64,000 nucleotides of DNA from Selaginella moellendorffii. Its lineage: Eukaryota; Plantae; Lycopodiophyta. Location of the stretch: contig NW_003314262.1 in assembly GCF_000143415.4 (NCBI RefSeq), forward strand, positions 5,225,876 through 5,289,875. Direction: 5' to 3'. Made by a program: the position numbers and the translations under genes. The notes beneath the pieces were generated by a model. It saw only the letters and a program-made list of their open reading frames with translations. It did not search any database and was not told the DNA's origin. This document shows positions 35,543 to 45,421 of the stretch, one piece after another; the stretch's first letter is position 1; each line of letters opens with the position of its first letter.

Positions 35543-36904
35543 TCACTTGAAAGCTTTCTTGAAGCCTTTCCAGACTTTCATCTTGGCGTGCTTGTGCTTC
35601 TTGTGTTTGCCGTGCGAGTAATGGCCGTGTCCACCACCTGAGAGTAAGAATCGAGACGTGAAAACCACTACTGTAGCGAAAAGAATGAAACCATACCCGG
35701 TGTGTGACCATAACTTCCGTGCTTTTGGTGAGGAAATGGTGGTGGAACAACCGGGTATCCGTGCGGAGGAGCGGGACTGCCGTAAGGAGCTACTGGCTTG
35801 TGATGAGGAGAGCTTGACGATCCTTGCGGATACGGATTGTAGCCTGCCGGAGGATAGCCTCCTGGAGCTGGAGGATAGCCATGTCCTGGAGCTTCATGAG
35901 GATATCCCCCAGGAACTGGAGCTGGAGGATAGCCATGTCCTGGAGCTTGGGGATATCCTCCAGGAACTGGAGCTGGAGGGTAGCCTCCAGAATGAGGGGG
36001 AGGATATCCTCCAGGAAATGGCGCTGGAGGATAGCCCCCGGCTGGAGGATACGCTGATTCCATATGGCCCTTCTCGTTTTTGTGAGCTTTGTCCTTGGAT
36101 CCAGTCTGCTATAAGAAAGCAACAAAGAAAGTATGAGTTTTCCAGTATTGTTTCTGCGAAGGATGGTTTTACCGCTTGGCTGAAGTGCATGATCAATCGG
36201 AGCTCCCCAGCGTGCCTGGATTATACGTGAAGATCAGAGAAACGAAAACTGGTTTGCGAGATCGACTTACTTTCCACTTCGTGATGACAGTGGCCAGGCA
36301 TTGTCATCGTAACCCGAGGAGATCACTTTCTCGAGCTGCACCCTTCGAGTTTGAGCAGCACACGGTTTCTCTGAGAAAACTGGAGAAAGTTTTTCGGAAG
36401 CAGCAAAGTTTACCTTCCCGTGCCGATGAGATCATCCATAGCGAGCGTATTGCTGTTCCAGACTTGGACATGAAGCTCGCGGAGGCCTTCTATCAATGAG
36501 AGCGTGAACTTATCGTTGAAAGAAGGATTTTTCCCACCATCTGGAACGAGAAAAACGAAGAAAAAGTTAGAACTTGGGGAGACAATCCCCCTGAGAGATA
36601 ATCCTCAGGAGTATTGTCTCTCAAGATCGCAAAAATCCACCAGAAGCGAAGGAAATCTTTCTCACCAGTGTCAGTCTTTGTTCTATGCTTTTGCGTTCCA
36701 TACTCGACAATCACGTATGGATCCTGCCGAGACAACCACTCCGTGTTCCTCAAGTTCTTGCCGCCAACAACTGGGAAGCAAACGCCGATCAGACCCTAGC
36801 AATGTGGGATTTTTCCGAGCTAGATCGTGGATAGTCCTCCCAAATCCTAGAAGAAATGCGATCTTACCATTGATTTCCAGCGGCTGGCCTTGAATCCCAT
36901 ACAT
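35543..36904 (-). CDS. C2-domain protein with PGGYP-rich repeats and a basic His/Lys tail, multi-exon
   Basis: MYGIQGQPLEIN/VVGGKNLRNTEWLSRQDPYVIVEYGTQKHRTKTDT/DGGKNPSFNDKF, then AYPPAGGYPPAP repeats. Last exon ...HGKHKKHKHAKMKVWKGFKKAFK*. Confidence 0.88.
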
Positions 36905-37120
36905 TGGAATGCGCACCGCCGCTCGCTCTCTCGCTGACCAAATCACTCACTCCTCTTCTAATTAGAACAGGATATTCCGTAATCTATTCGAATAGGATAT
37001 TCCGTCCATATTGAGGATAAACCGTGAAAACGTTCCTTCAATGTACGCTTGCCACGTGTTAGACCTTTCTTCTAGCTTAGGTGGCAGATTCGAGAAATTA
37101 GGGCAGGGCTAGAACATTTG

Positions 37121-37634
37121 ATGGCCCGCGCTCGATACAGGGGATTGCGGCCGATCTTCTCTTCGATTCGCGCTTCTAGGGCCAAGGCGCCGCTATTGAT
37201 CCACAGCCGGGGCGGCCACAGCGGCGGCGGCGAGCCCTGGCAGGAGAGCGTCTATGTCGACAGGGATCCCAGTCCCGTTCGCAGGCTTGAGCGTGTTCTT
37301 CGCGAGCACAAGATTTGCAAGGCGGCGCCCAGTTGGCTGCCATTCGTCCCCGGGAGCTGCTACTGGGTGCCTTCCAAGGATCTGGCGCTTTTACCCGGCG
37401 ACGCATACGGCTTCGTGAAGAGTTTGGGGGCAAGCGAAGCGTGCGATATGGTCAAGCGGCTGCGCTTGAATGATTCTCCTCGGCTTCCAGCGGAAAAAGG
37501 TTTGCCTTGATTTTTTCTGTGCGATTGCGCTCCTCGCGAATTTGGAGCATGGCTCTAATGATCTCTCTTGTAAATTCACAGTGGTCATTGTTGTCGAGCC
37601 TGTAGATCCCGATGATCAATCTGGAGACGCTTAA
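37121..37634 (+). CDS. Conserved uncharacterised plant protein, probably organelle-targeted (2 exons)
   Basis: Arg/Ser-rich N-terminus and the plant-conserved block RRLE...KAAPSWLPFVPGSCYWVP. Intron at 37500-37581. Confidence 0.7.
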
Positions 37635-38869
37635 TGTACTATAAAGTGGTCGCATTTTTACAAGTTTTATCTAATACGATTCCATCTTTGTTCTAGGCTC
37701 CCAAGCACCTCAGCTGGTGATCCACAGTGTTTCTATCACTATGGATGGTATGAAACGCAAATTAATGCCCGTGCAAACATACTCCTCGAGTCTGATCCCA
37801 CGCAATTTTCCTTGAGCTTGAGATCATACTATAGACACTCCTTGGAAGCCAAGCATCCATCGTGAAGAAGGTTTTGGGATTTGATATGGCCGCCGTGATC
37901 CATCGCCAGGAGGTTGTCTCAATCGTTTCCTCTTCGTCCATGCTGCCTGCACCTGAGCTCACATATAGTTTCGTTTTATGCCTGTTAATCTTAGTGTACT
38001 CGCCTTTGACAGAATATTCCACCGTCAATTTTCTGATACCATTATTCAGCATCTGGTGTCATCATGCTCCAATGCTCCAGGTTTATGAGTGAGAGCTTGA
38101 GGTGCAGATGTTGCCTTGGTGTAATCATGCTCCAACACAGGCAACGCTTAGAGATCATCAAAAACTTAGCAATGGTGAAGGTGGATATTGCGTCTCTAGG
38201 AGGATCAAATTCTCGTTTTTAAGCTCCTCCTTGCCAAGATCTGGCAAGTTTGCCGTGTCTGGCATGGGAATTCCTCTCGCTGGGCAATTCTCAGGCCCTG
38301 AGCTGGCCACCATTGCTCGCCACATCATGATCTATCTTATCTCTAACATTTTGTTGTTTTTCCATGTGTACGGGCAGGGCTCCTCCTGGGAGGATCCTGG
38401 GCCTGGAATCCGGGCCCAGGGCGCTGCTGGGTCGACCTGGACGGATCCCGGGCCCCAAAGGACTCCCCACATGTAACACTGCTCATTTAATGAATTTACA
38501 GCAACAACTCGATGGATGTGGCCGCTTTTGGCGCTTTTGGTCCTTATGCCCTAAAAGCAAACGCGTATTTTTTTTATTGTGATACTAGAAGGGCACAAAT
38601 CAAAGGCTGTGAACCTTGAGGGAGTGTGGGCCTGGCACAATTGGATGCGTTTGGAGTTGAGAATCCCTATCGTTTTTGGAGAAAACTTTCTTTTAGTGAG
38701 GATTTCTTTGATCAATTTGTGGCATTTCTCAAGGAATGCTACTGGTGGATGAAAGTCATGCTTGTGATCAATGCAAGTTGATCTCCACTGGACAGAATGA
38801 TTACCAATACGCTTTCTAGTCTGGTGCATTGAACGTGGCTGATGCGGAGCTCACCGAAGTCATGGAGAA

Positions 38870-39600
38870 CATCACTGTAAGTATTTCTGCAAGTTTTTCA
38901 GCTGAGATGTGCATTGATCACCATTTGATCAAGAGCTTGGTGGAGGCGGAGAGAAACCAGAGTGTGATTGTGGTGCCAGGAGATGGATCTAGGAATTTTA
39001 GCTCCATTGCCAAGGCAGTTGACTCCATTCTGGAACAAAACCAGCAAAGAGTGATTGTGTGCATTAAAGCGGGTGTCTACAGGTAAACAGAAAAAGAAAT
39101 CTAACCTCTCTATTGGACCTTGAACCAGAGAAAGGTTGCCATTCCAAAATTCAAACCGTTTATCACATGGAAGCTCACTCATGATAATCACTCTCGAACT
39201 CCACAACCTCATAAAGAAATGACATGAGTCTGCTCAAAACATACAACAGCACCACTGTTTCCATTAACTCAAGGTTCTTTATCACCAAGAACATCACATC
39301 CCAGGTTCTTCTCGCAAAATAATCTCAAAGAAATCATTAGTAGAATGAAGCAATTGCTCACATCCATATCCATATCCATGATGAGACGGGGAAGCAAGCT
39401 GTGACATTGAGAATCAGCACAGACATGGTGGCCTTCTACGATTGCAACTTTCTTAGTGGCCAAGAAACTCTGTATGATCACAAAGGCCACCATTACTTCA
39501 AACAATGTTTCGTGCAAGAAAGCATGGAAGGATGGATTTCATTTTCAGCTAAGGAAGATCTCTTTAAAATAGAATGTCAAGAACTTTTTTATATAAAGCT
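38870..39600 (+). pseudogene. Pectin methylesterase pseudogene
   Basis: VVPGDGSRNFSSIAKAVDSI...IKAGVYR/EKVAIPKFKPFIT and QAVTLRISTDMVAFYDCNFLSGQETLYDHKGHHYFKQCFVQ, broken by stops and frameshifts. Confidence 0.8.
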
Positions 39601-40705
39601 TTGCAAGATTGCCACCTTGAATCGATTGCTAGCAAGACAAGTGGGATAATTGGATCCCCAAGGCATGAAAATGACCTGTAGAAGCAAGCTCGTATGTCTC
39701 CATCGACTTGGAATTGCTCGTGTTCCTTGTAGAAAACAAGAGTGTCGTTTTGCTGGCAAGCTTTTCAAGGCACGCCGGGATAACAATCTGGTCCGTGCCT
39801 CGGAGATCATCCTTTGGTCCCGGGACATCTGCAGCGGTGCGCTGGCTGAGGCTCTCAGCGCGCTGCAGTGGGACTCGTCATCATCACAAGGAGACCAATT
39901 GCGAGTGGATCTACGACCCTGGCCTCGAGGCAATGAGGCGCTTCAATCCAGAGCTCCTGCTGCTGGACGAGGAAGGGCTGCAAATTCATCCGTGGTCGTC
40001 CCGGGTCCTGGAGTTGCTCAACCACGACGAGGACTCGCATTTCAACAGCACCAACTTCTTTGAGCCGCACCAAGTCGCCAACATCCTCTGCACGCTCGAC
40101 TCGTCGGTGGATGTTCATCACGGCGAGACTGGCGAGGCTGCTGGTGTAGAAACCGTTGCTCAAGGCAGCAAAGAGTATGGGAGGCTACCAGCTGGGATGC
40201 CCGCAGAGGTGATCATCGCCACACTAGTCATCTGGTGTGCTCACCGACAAGTAACGAGCCGAGGTGGCCAAGGACGAGCGACTGGATGCTGCTCGAGGCT
40301 ACAGATATACGGTGGCCAGCAGTCTTCTGACGATGGTCGGGTGGCGATTGCAGCTCATCACCGTGGAGAAGTCGAAATCTTTGTACTGAGCGCCCGCCGG
40401 GCCTGAGAGGCACTCGGTTTGATCCTGGTCGAGCGTCTGTTCCTATCAGCAAGCGACTTCTTTGTGTCTCTGAAAACAATACAAAGCATACCTCATTTGA
40501 AACGAAGGAGCCATCCACCTTTTAAAGCTTGCTGCCATCTTCCAGTAAGATTTAGCACCATTTCCCTGAGTGACTGACTGGTAAGAAGTAGAAACAAGAC
40601 AAGCAACTTATCAGAATGAACTGCTAACATCAGCTAACGAGAGCTTGACTGCAGCTAGGCAATTGCCAAAAGTATACAAACCACCAATATGATTTGGTTA
40701 ACCAT

Positions 40706-42085
40706 TTAGTTATGCATTTGGACTCGTTGCATCAATTGTTGTGCACCGATGAAGAGTGAATCTACTGCAAGTACTACCAATACCTGCATTCACAACACAC
40801 ACACACACAAAATAAAAAAGATCTTTACATAGAACTTTTCAAGCTTACCAATCGACCAAACATTACAGCTCTATAGCCAAATCCCTCCTTAGCAGCTGCT
40901 CGACGTTGAACATCAGTCCATCTGGTGGAAATGATCTCTCATGAACACTATAGTAAACTATTGCTTCCTTCATACCCCAAAAATTCGGAGATACCACCGA
41001 TCCCGGCGAGCTTCAAAGCCTGGGGACCTTCTCGTTCGAATTCCTGACAAGAAAAGAGCTCGTAAGTCTCTACCAAAAGATCAAACTGTACGGCTCTGTA
41101 CCCCTTCTTCTACGGCATCGAAGCCTCCACTCAGCCAGAAAATGTTCCTATAGCCAGCTTTATACATTTGCTCACAAGCTGCAAGGGATCTGTAGAAACG
41201 AAATAATCAGCTCAAACTATGGAGGACAAAGAGCTTACCTCAGTCCCTTTTGACAAGCGACAATTACGTTGGCACTCTTGGGGACTGTTGCTACCAGGTC
41301 GGGCATGAATCTCCTGCATAGATATAGTTTTCGCAAATGAAGTCGAAGAAGAAAGAAAGTCTCACTTACTCATTGTATTTCATAAGAGCCAAGCCGCTCC
41401 ACCACCCTCCTACAATGTTTTGATCCACAGCTTAGCAAACTTGAGCTTTGGCATGGATCAAACTTCTTTACCCATTGCAAAAGTGGAGAGTTTTTTCAGT
41501 AGCGCGCCAGGATCCATGTTTTTGTCACTGTCGTAGACAGGAATCCAGACGCTTCCTTTCACCCAAGCCTGGAGAAAAATCAAAAACACGATGACGACTT
41601 TAGAACAGGGAAGATTGCGAGATGAAAGCGATCCATAAAAACCACCTTACTTCTTTCACTCGATGGCCGAACATCTAACAATGTGTACTTGGAGAGCTGG
41701 ACGGCATAGCCGGCTTCTTTGGGCGACAAGGCCTTGATCTTTCCATCTCTCACCTTTCCAAAGCAAAGCATTCCATGAGAAATGGGAACATATAAGAAAA
41801 CAAAAAGTCTTTTCTCTACCTGCGCTTCCCATCGTTTCTGCGCTGCCGAGAGTTCCTTCATTTGCTCCACTTCGGTGGAACAGCGGACTTGGAGCTGGAA
41901 AGAAGAGAATGCTGAATTTTTCGGAGAATGGGGCGTTCTATCTAGGTCTCCTATGATCGTATACTGACCTGACATGGATTTCCTCTCATCCGATTCATGG
42001 ACACGCGATGGATCTTCGCTCCATCCAGTAATCTGGGGATTCCCAATGTCGCCACCGGAGAAGCTACCAATCCCCCAAATGCCAT
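40706..42085 (-). CDS. STR11: Rhodanese-like domain protein 11, chloroplastic, multi-exon
   Basis: Transit-like N-terminus, then AAQKRWEAQ/VRDGKIKALSPKEAGYAVQLS..LLDVRPS, GGWWSG, IVACQKGLRSLAACE, KLAGIGGISEFLG/WTDVQRA and VDSLFIGAQQ. Confidence 0.88.
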
Positions 42086-42269
42086 AGCTGCGCTTGCTAA
42101 TCATCCATCCTCTTGCTCCCCTCTTTTCTCTCGCGAGCTATCCACAAAAATCCCAAAAAAAATGCCACGTGGCAGCATCGCTTTATCGTCTTTTACAGCC
42201 ATCTCAACCGTTGAGGATGGGTTGAAATCGACGGCCCGGGCGAGCTAGGGTTCTTCGCAGTCGACGACA

Positions 42270-42500
42270 ATGCTCCGAATGCGCATGGCGGCGTTCGTCG
42301 CCGGGTTCGCCACGGCGGCCGCGATCGGCATGTACATGGTCCAGAAGGACGTGCAAACGAGTCACCGGATCCTTGTCGAGCAGGTAATCCCCCTTTTCCT
42401 TGCTGCATTGATCGATTTCTTGAAATTTCGCCGCCGCCAGGCCCAGAACTACTACAAGGAGCTGGATTCTCGGCTCTCGAGACTGGAAGGACACAAATGA
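42270..42500 (+). CDS. Small (about 57 aa) single-transmembrane coiled-coil protein, probably mitochondrial; snoRNA host gene
   Basis: MLRMRMAAFVAGFATAAAIGMYMVQKDV..SHRILVEQ/AQNYYKELDSRLSRLEGHK*. Intron at 42384-42440, and a further GT..AG intron at 42502-42962 just after the stop. Confidence 0.78.
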   Translation: MLRMRMAAFVAGFATAAAIGMYMVQKDVQTSHRILVEQVIPLFLAALIDFLKFRRRQAQNYYKELDSRLSRLEGHK

Positions 42501-42550
42501 GGTATGATCTAGCTCCGAGGGTAGAAGAATGCGGCGTTTTTTGGGGAAAA

Positions 42551-42695
42551 CGAGCTAAACTATCCATCCTTCTCTCTGTGAGATTGGTGGCTGAAATAGC
42601 TCGTAGAACAAAGAAAGCTTTCTTTGAGGTGATCTATCAGCTTGTCTTCCTTGTTCTAGAGTGGAAGTTTCATGTTAAACTGCGCCTCAACATCC
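42551..42695 (+). ncRNA. Box H/ACA snoRNA; both pockets match the 5' domain of 18S rRNA
   Basis: Hairpin cgagcta/tagctcg, H box AGAACA at 42605, hairpin tgaggtg/cgcctca, and ACA at 42690 plus 3 nt. Pockets aaactat/ctga and tatca/taaact bracket uridines in 18S UCAG-UU-AUAGUUU and AGUUU(N)-UU-UGAU, each 14 nt from its box. Confidence 0.78.
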
Positions 42696-42710
42696 ATAGC
42701 TTTGCTTGGT

Positions 42711-42804
42711 CTGCGATGATGATAGCTAATATCTTCAAGCTCAACAGGACAGAGCTTGGATCGATAAGATCCCAGCATGGTGATTACCCCGCTGAGCTGA
42801 GCAG
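42711..42804 (+). ncRNA. snoR29: Box C/D snoRNA with two guides to 25S rRNA (probably snoR29 family)
   Basis: Terminal stem ctgc/gcag, C box ATGATGA at 42716, guide tcaagctcaacagg plus D' CAGA at 42750, C' ATGGTGA, and guide ccccgctga plus D CTGA at 42797. Guides complement LSU UCAGCGGGG and CCUGUUGAGCUUGA. The family name is from memory. Confidence 0.85.
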
Positions 42805-42860
42805 CTTGTTCGATTCGATCGATGAGAGTTTTTTCTTCGTATCTTTGTCGAGAGATCCTA

Positions 42861-42936
42861 CCGCGTTGATGATTGAAACTAGAAATCAAGCTCAACAGGA
42901 CTGAGATTTTTTGTGCTGACAAAATAATCTGAGCGG
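42861..42936 (+). ncRNA. Second box C/D snoRNA carrying the same 25S rRNA D' guide
   Basis: Terminal stem ccgc/gcgg, C box TGATGA at 42867, guide tcaagctcaacagg plus D' CTGA at 42901, C' GTGCTGA at 42913 and D CTGA at 42929. Confidence 0.8.
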
Positions 42937-43064
42937 CCTTTCTCTTTGTTTTGTTTTTGCAGTTTCCAGCGATCCAGCGATTCGGTTCGTTTCAAGTAAG
43001 GCAATCGAAATCTTCGACCAAACCATTGTAAAAAATTTTTCTCACAAAATAAAGGATAAAGAAG

Positions 43065-43145
43065 GATTTAGGGTTTAAGGGGGTTTAGGGTTCTTCCCAA
43101 AGGGGAAAGGAAGATTTAGGGTTTAAGGGGTTTAGGGTTCTTCCC
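43065..43145. promoter_or_regulatory. Duplicated telo-box (TTTAGGGTT) module upstream of RPL17
   Basis: gatttagggtttaagggg(g)tttagggttcttccc occurs twice (43065 and 43113), giving four telo-box-like motifs. These are typical of plant ribosomal-protein promoters. Confidence 0.65.
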
Positions 43146-43161
43146 TTCGTGATCCGGCACA

Positions 43162-44186
43162 ATGCGGCACCGGGTGGATCACCGGAAGCTCGGCCGAACG
43201 GCCGAGCATCGATGGGCAATGCTCAGGTACGTGCCTTGTTTTCTCTCGTCGCATCGCGTGACGCGGCTGTGGATTCGATCTCTGCACAGGACGATGGTCT
43301 CGCAGCTGATCGAACACGAGAGAATCGAAACGACCCTAGCGAAGGTAAATTTCTTGGAGAAATGCTAGTGTTTGAGCTTGCTCTTCCAGGCAAAGGAGGT
43401 GAGAAGATTAGCGGACAAGATGATCACGCTCGGGAAAGCGGTGAGTGGAAAGAATGTTTTTTCCTTGTCATTCGAGACTGATTTTTCGAGCAATTCAGGG
43501 AACGCTCTCCGCGATTCGAAGAGCCGGCGCGGTGCTACGCACAGACGAGACCGTCCACAAAGTTTTCTACAAGCTTGCTCCTCGCTATGCGTAAAAGTTT
43601 CTCCAACTCGATCTTTAAGTTTTTTCTCTCTCGCGAAAGCTAACACTAAGATCTTTTTTTCTTCTTTTCCATCTTGTAGAGATCGACATGGTGGCTACAC
43701 AAGAGTCGTCCAAACTCGCCACAGACTAGGAGATAAATCGATGATGGCTTTCTTAGAGTGAGCAATGGTCGATTGTTCTTCCAGAGTGGTATTGATCTGG
43801 CCTTGGTTTCTTCCAGATTTATTGATAGACCCGGAGAACTAAGGCCTCCAAAGCCACCGGCAACTCCACCACCTCCTCGAGAGCCAATTTTGCCGTGGGT
43901 CAAGTCGAAGCTAGCTCGCATAACTCTACCTCCAGGACTCACTCGAGCGCAAAAGCCACCCTGGGAAGGCACTCACCAGATCAAGCGAAAAGTCCGCAGT
44001 AGAAGGCCCACGAAGAAGGACAAGGCCAGGGCCGCCAGGGCCGATGCCGATGCCGCCAGAGCCAAGTTGAACGAAGCCAAAGCTCTAGCCGAAGAAAAAG
44101 ACGAAGCCTCTTCACAAAGTTCTCGAGACGAACAGCCCCAGCCAAAGCCAAGCTCAAGTTCAAGCTCATCGAAAGAGGAACAATAA
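43162..44186 (+). CDS. RPL17: Organellar (probably mitochondrial) 50S ribosomal protein L17 (bL17), multi-exon
   Basis: MRHRVDHRKLGRTAEHRWAMLR/TMVSQLIEHERIETTLAK/AKEVRRLADKMITLGK...DRHGGYTRVV...MAFLE/FIDRPGELRPPKPP. Confidence 0.93.
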
Positions 44187-44310
44187 GTCGCGTGAAAACA
44201 CCGAGACTCGTAAGTTTTTGGAAAACAGGTACGTTTTTGTCAAGAAGCTCTTCGGGACAAAGAAATTCAAGAACTATAGTTACCAGATAATCGGAAGAGC
44301 TAGCTGAGAC

Positions 44311-45224
44311 TCAGAAGATCCACCGCCTGTTGAAGTAGCCTTCTCTCTTGGCGTTGTAGAAGGCGCAGCATCCAACCGAATAAACCACGATTAGGAACAC
44401 GAGCACCACCAGGTTGACGATGGCGACTTTGTGCCAGTCGCGCTTGATGTTGGCCAGGAGCCCCGCTCGGCAAGAGTTGCAGTCGAAGCAAAGCTCGTTC
44501 TGGTTGTTGCTCCACGTCGAGCAGTCTGGATCTTCGCCGATGAAAACGTTGGACGACGATTCTTCTTCGTCTTCCTCGCTGGAAGAAGAATCGTAGTCGT
44601 ACTGCTGGCTCACGTCCCAGAGTGTCGCGTTCTCGTAGCTGTATCCGCACGATATTGGAGGCTTGCAGCAGCCCGACTGCGAGGAAAAAGGAAAAGTTGC
44701 ATAGGAGAACTCTGGAAAAGAGTAAGTACCTCGAGCGGCGAGAGCGAAGCGTTTTGAAAGGACTCCGAGTCGTGGAACCTGTTCATGCCTCGGCAGACGT
44801 TTGAGTCCTGGAGGCAGCTCTTGATCTTCCTCCAGTTGCTTGTGCTGCTAACTTTGCTTTGCAGCCAGGCCGAGTAGTCTCCCAACCGGTACTCGGAGAA
44901 GCCAGTGCCGGCCACGGCGTGGCTGGCACCGCGGTTGGAGACGAGGAACGTAAACACTGTGAAGAACACGAGCAGAAGGATGAGTAGCAGCATGAGAAAG
45001 AGGTAGATCCACAGCAGCCACGAGACCCTGTAGCAGGAGCCGAGAAATCCCACGAGGGATATCACCAGGATGATAGCACCAATGCTGATGGTTGGCTGCT
45101 GGAGAAAGTGCATGCAGTCCGAGTCCCTGTTCGTGGCCAGCCATATACCGATGACGATGATCGGGATGCTAAGCACCACCGTGACAAAGTTGAGAGTTCC
45201 CATCACCAGATTGCTGAGCTTCAT
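44311..45224 (-). CDS. TET: Tetraspanin (2 exons)
   Basis: Four transmembrane segments, EYRLGDYSAWLQ, WRKIKSCL, the plant signature SGCCKPP after the intron, and CFDCNSCRAGLL. Confidence 0.93.
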
Positions 45225-45421
45225 GCTGGAGGATATCTCTGTCACAGTTCCCGACTCGTCAATACCACCAAATGGAAAGAAAGAAAGAAGTTGCAGGAGA
45301 GTCTACCACCGGCATATATAAATACTAGACTTGCTCGCAGATGGCTTCCTGGCTTCCAGGGAAGGCCAACGGCTTTCCGCGCGGTTTTGTGTAACCACGC
45401 CTATACAATGGTGTCGAAGGT

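Noticed and set aside
35658-36230. Antisense ORF with LELEDSH repeats
   Set aside because: It is the reverse complement of the PGGYP repeats of the C2 gene.
39990-40130. VLELL...DVHHG resembling a histone deacetylase motif
   Set aside because: The spacing is wrong and no other HDAC motifs are present.
43065-43145. Interstitial telomere
   Set aside because: There are only four spaced TTTAGGG units in a promoter, better explained as telo-boxes.
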